Shown: piece by piece, positions 39,376 through 44,038 of the stretch
Position numbering within the stretch: the stretch's first letter is position 1
Layout of the letters: each line of letters begins with the position of its first letter
Notes under the pieces: generated by a model
The model's database searches: none
What the model was told of the DNA's origin: nothing
What the model saw: the letters and a program-made list of their open reading frames with translations, nothing else
Assembly (NCBI GenBank): GCA_016871215.1
Contig: VFZK01000001.1
Span: 1 to 44,038, forward strand
DNA: 44,038 nucleotides
DNA from: Acidimicrobiia bacterium
Lineage (GTDB): Bacteria > Acidobacteriota > Terriglobia > Versatilivoradales > Versatilivoraceae
Direction: 5' to 3'
Translations under genes and position numbers: made by a program

Positions 39376-40191
39376 ATGCGAGCTGGCTGCGCCATGCCCC
39401 TAGACTTGCTCCTTCCCGAGTTCATTCGGCCGCTCTTGAAGTCCCGCCAGCTGGGAAAGGTGATTCACCACTTTCAGCTGACGAGTTCCACCAACGACGT
39501 TGCGCGTCAACTGGCCGAACAGGGCGCTCCCGAAGGCGTTGTCGTTCTGGCCGAAGAGCAAACTTGCGGTCGGGGACGCGCCGGGCGTGCCTGGCACTCC
39601 GAACGTAGCGCCGGGATCTACGCTTCCATTCTCCTTCGACCGGCAATCAAACCTCGCGAAGCGCCCACTCTGACCCTGGCTGCCGCCGTGGCAGTGGCAG
39701 AAGCCATCGAACAGGCCTGCGGATTGCACGCGGACATCAAGTGGCCCAACGATCTTTTGCTGGGAGGACGCAAGTGTTGCGGTATCCTTTCCGAGATGCA
39801 CGCCGAAACGGATAAGATCCGTTCGGTCGTTGTGGGCATCGGCATCAATGTCAATCACTCGGGTTTCCCAGCGGAGCTTGGCCAGCTGGCCACGTCGCTG
39901 CGAATCGAGTGCAAGCGGGTCTGCTCCCGTATCGACTTGCTCTGTGCTTTGCTGGAGAGATTCGAGCGGCTCTATGAAGATTTGCAGCAGGGAAGACGTG
40001 CGGCCGTTTTGCACCGCTGGGTGGCCCGATCTTCGTTCGCCGTCGGCAAAAGCCTGACCCTCGATTTAGGGAGTGGCCAGCAGATCGAAGGCAAGACAGC
40101 CGGTTTGTCCGAAACAGGCCACTTGAAGATCGAGCTGGCCGATGGCCGGGTGGAGGAGTTTCTGAGCGGCGAGATCGTTGCCTGGAGGTAA
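39376..40191 (+). CDS. birA: Biotin-[acetyl-CoA-carboxylase] ligase BirA (catalytic type, no obvious N-terminal HTH)
   Basis: Motifs are TSSTNDVARQLA, AEEQTCGRGRAGRAWHS, KWPNDLL and GIGINV. The start is ambiguous (ATG at 39376 or 39394). Confidence 0.88.
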   Translation: MRAGCAMPLDLLLPEFIRPLLKSRQLGKVIHHFQLTSSTNDVARQLAEQGAPEGVVVLAEEQTCGRGRAGRAWHSERSAGIYASILLRPAIKPREAPTLTLAAAVAVAEAIEQACGLHADIKWPNDLLLGGRKCCGILSEMHAETDKIRSVVVGIGINVNHSGFPAELGQLATSLRIECKRVCSRIDLLCALLERFERLYEDLQQGRRAAVLHRWVARSSFAVGKSLTLDLGSGQQIEGKTAGLSETGHLKIELADGRVEEFLSGEIVAWR

Positions 40192-40195
40192 GCCA

Positions 40196-40960
40196 ATGCT
40201 GCTGGTGATCGACGTCGGCAATACCAACACCGTGTTGGGCGTGTTCGACGGTAACCGGCTGGCAGCCGACTGGCGTCTGGAAACCAAGCAGCGCCAGACT
40301 GCAGATGAATACGGCATTCTGGCTCGGAATCTGTTCGCTCTGGCAGAGATGGAAGTCTCTCGAATCCAGCACATCGTCATTGCCTCGGTGGTTCCCCCGT
40401 TGAACTCCGTCCTGGAGCAGATGGCGGTCAAGTATTTTCGGCTGAAGCCGCTGTTTGTCGAGCCCGGCGTCAAAACGGGAATGCCGGTGTTGTACGACTC
40501 GCCTGCGGATGTTGGCGCCGACCGTATCGTCAATGCCGTGGCCGCTTACGACCGCTATGGCGGGCCAGCGATCGTGGTGGACTTCGGCACAGCCACAACG
40601 TTTGACGCCATCTCGGCGAAGGGTGAGTATCTTGGGGGCGTTATCGCGCCCGGACCGGGTATTTCGGCTGAGGCTTTGTTTACCCGCACGGCCAGACTTC
40701 CCAGGGTCGAGATCAAGTCCCCAGCCAGGATTATTGGTACTTCGACGGTCACCAGCATCCAGTCGGGCCTCTACTACGGATACATTGGAATGATCGATGG
40801 CATCTTGGAACGAATGCTTCACGAACTGGGAGCGAAGACGAAGATTATTGCCACCGGCGGCTATGCTTCTTTGTTCGGCAAGGGTTCAGGCCGCATTCAG
40901 CACATCGACGCGAACTTGACGCTGGAAGGGCTGCGCCTGATCTACGAGAAGAACAAATAG
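40196..40960 (+). CDS. coaX: Type III pantothenate kinase CoaX
   Basis: Motifs are MLLVIDVGNTNTVLGVFDG, GADRIVNAVAA, VVDFGTATTFD and IATGGYA. GGAGGT lies 6 nt upstream of the ATG at 40196. Confidence 0.92.
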   Translation: MLLVIDVGNTNTVLGVFDGNRLAADWRLETKQRQTADEYGILARNLFALAEMEVSRIQHIVIASVVPPLNSVLEQMAVKYFRLKPLFVEPGVKTGMPVLYDSPADVGADRIVNAVAAYDRYGGPAIVVDFGTATTFDAISAKGEYLGGVIAPGPGISAEALFTRTARLPRVEIKSPARIIGTSTVTSIQSGLYYGYIGMIDGILERMLHELGAKTKIIATGGYASLFGKGSGRIQHIDANLTLEGLRLIYEKNK

Positions 40961-41009
40961 GCCGGAGGTGACCGGCTCCAGCTCCTGTGCCACCTGCCAC
41001 TCTCGATTC

Positions 41010-41732
41010 ATGGAGAACTATTTCAACTACTTCACCGAAATCGAGGAACGCTGGCAGCAGTGCCGAGGTACCCTCACGCTTTTGTCACCATTGGACTGGG
41101 CTTTGATCGAGTCCTTTCAGGAGTCGGGAATCCCCCTTGAAGTCGTGCTGCGTGGCATGGAAGCGACTTTTGCCAGGCAGTCGAAACGCGCCAGCAGGGT
41201 CCGGAAAGTGAATTCGCTTTCTTACTGTACGCAGGCGATTCTCTCCGAATTCGAGCGCTTCCGGGAAAGTTCGATAGGAGCACAAGCGCCGAGTCCGAAG
41301 TCGGTTGCCGGGGGGCAAGCCGAGCGGCAGAATCTGATCGAGATGATGGGACGGACAATCCGTCAGTTGGCTGAGGTTCCAGACAAGGCAAGACAGCAAG
41401 GTCTTGCCTTGCCGAACGGCGTTTTTGAAACGATCGGTGCTGCTTTGGAGTCGCTAAAGCAAGACGCGGCTTCGGCAGAGCAGATCGACTTTGAGCAAAT
41501 CGAACAACGCCTCTCGATGCTGGAGGAGAAGATCCTGGCCACGCTCGTGGCCGCTCTCAACGACGAGGTGCTGCTGGCGCTTCGGACTGAAGTGACCCGA
41601 GAGCTTCACCATCATCGACGTGGTCTGAAGGCTGAGCATCTCGCCATGTTGGAAAAGAAGATGACGACCAAGAGATTGTTCGAACGCTTTGACGTGCCAC
41701 GGCTGAGCTTGTTCTACATGCCGCTGAATTGA
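41010..41732 (+). CDS. Hypothetical protein (helical, acidic/coiled C-terminal half)
   Basis: The ORF begins MENYFNYFTEIEERWQQCRGTLTLLSPLDWALIESFQESGIPLEVVLRGMEATF.... I recognise no family. The start is uncertain (GTG at 40968 or ATG at 41010). Confidence 0.55.
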   Translation: MENYFNYFTEIEERWQQCRGTLTLLSPLDWALIESFQESGIPLEVVLRGMEATFARQSKRASRVRKVNSLSYCTQAILSEFERFRESSIGAQAPSPKSVAGGQAERQNLIEMMGRTIRQLAEVPDKARQQGLALPNGVFETIGAALESLKQDAASAEQIDFEQIEQRLSMLEEKILATLVAALNDEVLLALRTEVTRELHHHRRGLKAEHLAMLEKKMTTKRLFERFDVPRLSLFYMPLN

Positions 41733-41820
41733 ACGCACTTGAGACTTCCCAAAGCTCCCAGACCCAGATGGAGTCTGAAGACCAGCTTCGCGGCAGCATC
41801 GGTCATTCTGCTGCTGGTCG

Positions 41821-42312
41821 TTGCGCTCGTCTTTTTCTGGATCGAAACCTCGATCTGGCATCGCCTGGCATCGCCTGGAGTTGGTGGTGGGTGCTCTGGC
41901 GGTTGTGGTATTCGCGTTGGTTTGGGCTGTACTTTACCAGGGAGTGCGATACGACAAGAATGAACGCTTTCACCTACAGTGGCTGGGAACCGAGCACTTT
42001 GACAGGATGGTCGATTCCGTGGGCTACCGTAGGGATACACAGGGCACGTTGACGGCCGCTGGTGCGGAAGAAGGACCCATCGGATGTGTTGTTGGGTTCA
42101 TTCTGGACGTCGTCTTGTCACTCTTCTTGGTGGTCCTGGTAGCTGCCCTGGTGTGGCTGGGAGTCAACATCGCCATCGCATCCGTAGCTGCCGTTGCTCT
42201 GCCCTTGTTCTTCGTCTTCAGCCGCTCTCTGAGGTTCGTCGTGGCTCGCGGACGCACCTGCCAGGGCGACCGCTCCGATCGATGCGGTCAGCCGGTGCCT
42301 ATGCTGCGATGA
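41821..42312 (+). CDS. Hypothetical membrane protein, possibly the frameshifted remainder of a longer gene starting at 41739
   Basis: TM segments are LVVGALAVVVFALVWAVLY and CVVGFILDVVLSLFLVVLVAALVWLGVNIAIASVAAVALPLFFVF. Only a TTG start is available. A 10-bp duplication at 41856-41875 separates it from an upstream frame that encodes another TM helix. Confidence 0.5.
   Translation: MRSSFSGSKPRSGIAWHRLELVVGALAVVVFALVWAVLYQGVRYDKNERFHLQWLGTEHFDRMVDSVGYRRDTQGTLTAAGAEEGPIGCVVGFILDVVLSLFLVVLVAALVWLGVNIAIASVAAVALPLFFVFSRSLRFVVARGRTCQGDRSDRCGQPVPMLR
41856..41878. repeat. Exact 10-bp tandem duplication TGGCATCGCC x2 (+TGG)
   Basis: Read directly from the sequence: 41856-41865 is identical to 41866-41875, followed by TGG. 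Confidence 0.95.
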
Positions 42313-42427
42313 GCGCAGCGTGGCTTTACACGGTGTTGTTCCTGGCCCGGCTGATTCCAGCCATCCCTGCAATGGTTCGCTGAGTTCAGCGTTTCCCTTG
42401 CGCCGCCCACGCTGCGGCCCATTGAGC

Positions 42428-43726
42428 ATGCAACGTCCAATCTTCGTAGACATCCAGCGCATCGTCCCCGGTGGCCGGGGCATGGGCCTTGTTGACGGGA
42501 AAATTGCCTTTGCTCCCCTGTCCGTTCCTGGCGATCAACTTGAGGTCCTTAGTTGGAGTGACCGGAAGGGATATCTAGACATCCTGAAGTCACGTCTCGT
42601 CTGCCCCTCTCCGGAGCGCGTATCACCCCCTTGTGGCTACTTCGGCTCCTGCGGTGGCTGCGACTTCCAGCAGATGTCGGGCAGAAGGCAATTGACGGCC
42701 AAGCGAGATATTCTGGTCGATGCGCTGCGCCGCGTTGGCAAGATTCAGGTCGAAGCTTCGCAGATCCAGCTGCACGCGTGCGAAACGACCGCTTATCGCA
42801 ACCGGCTTCAACTGAAGCTCCTTCAGGCAGGCCGCGAGTTCTCGTGGGGGTTCTACAAGATCGGTTCGCACGAAGTGTGTGCGGTCGACAGCTGCCTGGT
42901 TGCCTCGAAAGCACTCTGGAAGCAGCAGGAAATCCTTCGCGAGCAACTGGCTGCGCTGCCGCAGATTGCCTCGCGAACGGACGAGGTCGAAGTCTTTAGC
43001 GGCGATGACCAGGAATGCCTGGTGACGCTAGCCTTGCGCGACGTATCTCCTGGATTCGACGAGATGGGCTCCCAGCTGCAGTCTGCCACAGAGTTCCTCG
43101 CCTCTCACGGCTTCCATGTTTCGCTCCTCGATTCTGGCGGGCAATACCGCCGGCTCTGCGGGAAAGGATTCGTTTGGAAAACGGTCGGCGCCTTCCGCTA
43201 TCGGGTCAGTCATGGCGCCTTCTTCCAGGTGAATGACCCCATGTTGCCGGTTTTGCAGACGACCGCCACACAGAATCTATCCGGAGCGAAGGCTTTGGAA
43301 CTCTTCTGCGGAGTCGGTTTCTTTACGCTTCCGCTGTCGAGAAGCTTCGAGCGGCTTGAGGTTGTCGAGGGAAACGCAGCTGCAGTTGCAGACCTGGAAG
43401 AAAACCTGAGGAGTCATCAGGCTGAGAGCTGCCGCATTTCGGACCGGGACTTGTCGGACGCACTTCGCACAGGCCGCTATCGGCCAGGCCAATTCGACTT
43501 GCTGCTGATCGACCCGCCCAGGACTGGGCTGCCGAAAGCGGTCGTCGAGGCTATTGCACGTTTGAACTGCCGCGACGTTGTTTACGTCTCGTGTGACCCC
43601 GCCACCCTGGCCCGAGATCTGAAGGTTTTTGTGGCCTGCAAGTATGAATTGGTGACGCTAGACCTGCTCGACCTCTTTCCTCACACGCACCACCTGGAAA
43701 CGATTGTCCGGCTCCGCAAGGCGTAA
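42428..43726 (+). CDS. RumA/RlmD-type 23S rRNA (uracil-C5)-methyltransferase (TRAM domain, Fe-S cluster, SAM-MTase)
   Basis: The TRAM-like N-terminus is IVPGGRGMGLVDGKIAFAPLSVPGDQLEV. The Cys cluster is CGYFGSCGGCDFQQM. MTase motifs are ELFCGVGFFTL, LIDPPRTG and VYVSCDPATLARDL. The likely start is the ATG at 42428 (MQRPIFVD). Confidence 0.88.
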   Translation: MQRPIFVDIQRIVPGGRGMGLVDGKIAFAPLSVPGDQLEVLSWSDRKGYLDILKSRLVCPSPERVSPPCGYFGSCGGCDFQQMSGRRQLTAKRDILVDALRRVGKIQVEASQIQLHACETTAYRNRLQLKLLQAGREFSWGFYKIGSHEVCAVDSCLVASKALWKQQEILREQLAALPQIASRTDEVEVFSGDDQECLVTLALRDVSPGFDEMGSQLQSATEFLASHGFHVSLLDSGGQYRRLCGKGFVWKTVGAFRYRVSHGAFFQVNDPMLPVLQTTATQNLSGAKALELFCGVGFFTLPLSRSFERLEVVEGNAAAVADLEENLRSHQAESCRISDRDLSDALRTGRYRPGQFDLLLIDPPRTGLPKAVVEAIARLNCRDVVYVSCDPATLARDLKVFVACKYELVTLDLLDLFPHTHHLETIVRLRKA

Positions 43727-43770
43727 CTGAAGCAACGGCTTGTAAGCCATCGGCGATCGGGCAATTCGAA

Positions 43771-43796
43771 AGAATGAGCCTGAACAGGCTCATTCT
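43771..43796. terminator. 12-bp perfect inverted repeat (AGAATGAGCCTG AA CAGGCTCATTCT); possible terminator or bidirectional hairpin after the methyltransferase gene
   Basis: Read directly from the sequence. There is no clean U-tract on the plus strand. On the minus strand it is followed by TTCGAATT. Confidence 0.3.
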
Positions 43797-44038
43797 AGAG
43801 ACGAGGATAGGCCATGAAGCGACAAGCTTGAAGTGGAATCCCGATTGACAAACCGCCTGCCAAACCGCAAAATCCAAGCGTATCCCACCTCTGGATTTCA
43901 GAAACTCTGGAGGTAACAGTTCAGGTGGGCCTACCGTCTCGGTGTGGTGCTGAGCCGCTGAGGCAGATCAGTGAGGTTGTCGGCGGCGACGCCTGGAGTC
44001 GCGGCGGCGCTGCCGCCTGTTTTCGATGCGATTGCTTT

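Noticed and set aside
43846-44038. A possible promoter (TTGACA-17 nt-CAAAAT at about 43846-43874) and a GGAGGT-GTG start at 43925. Open minus-strand frames also run off the right edge.
   Set aside because: Several frames are open on both strands in the last 110 nt, and no protein motif is visible. This cannot be resolved without sequence beyond the window.

Overview
This 44-kb window is a chromosomal segment whose gene content looks Acidobacteriota-like (alternative complex III, many CRTAC1/ASPIC-UnbV propeller proteins); that assignment is inference only. It has three parts.

(1) Positions 1-13.3 kb hold a minus-strand respiratory gene string: an Rrf2 regulator, a membrane-anchored diheme cytochrome c, narGHJI, then actA-actB-actC of alternative complex III. 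A divergent PAS-LuxR regulator follows. The operon spacers contain arrays of AGTNNNG heptamer repeats and a G4/C-rich tract.

(2) Positions 13.3-23.6 kb form an accessory island ending at the 3' end of a tRNA-Pro(CGG) gene. It contains:
- a DUF433/DUF5615 toxin-antitoxin pair;
- an orphan cas1 3' fragment with no cas2 or CRISPR array;
- about 1.1 kb of decayed sequence, possibly a tnpB-like relic;
- an integrative mobilizable element with a MobF relaxase-helicase, a coupled unknown ORF, a small HTH protein, a ParA-like ATPase, a membrane protein, Xis and a tyrosine integrase, but no T4SS or coupling protein.

AGTGGAAAC/GAAAC repeat clusters flank the relaxase gene.

(3) Positions 23.6-44 kb are housekeeping genes: surE between two tRNA-Pro genes, merR-like, der, murB, nadC-birA-coaX and an RlmD-type methyltransferase. 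Embedded among them is an uncharacterised envelope cluster with a 5-TM pentaheme cytochrome-TPR protein and two FG-GAP/ASPIC-UnbV (CRTAC1-type) proteins.

Sequence-level oddities:
- two independent exact 10-bp tandem duplications that shift reading frames (integrase 3' end, and a membrane-protein gene);
- a single in-frame TAA splitting a Uma2 endonuclease gene;
- an unannotated 53-aa ORF with a strong SD and its own terminator.

The best candidates for something undescribed are the nar-ACIII super-operon, the cytochrome-TPR/CRTAC1 module, and the relaxase-linked HTH/ParA/repeat module of the element. None can be proven from sequence alone.
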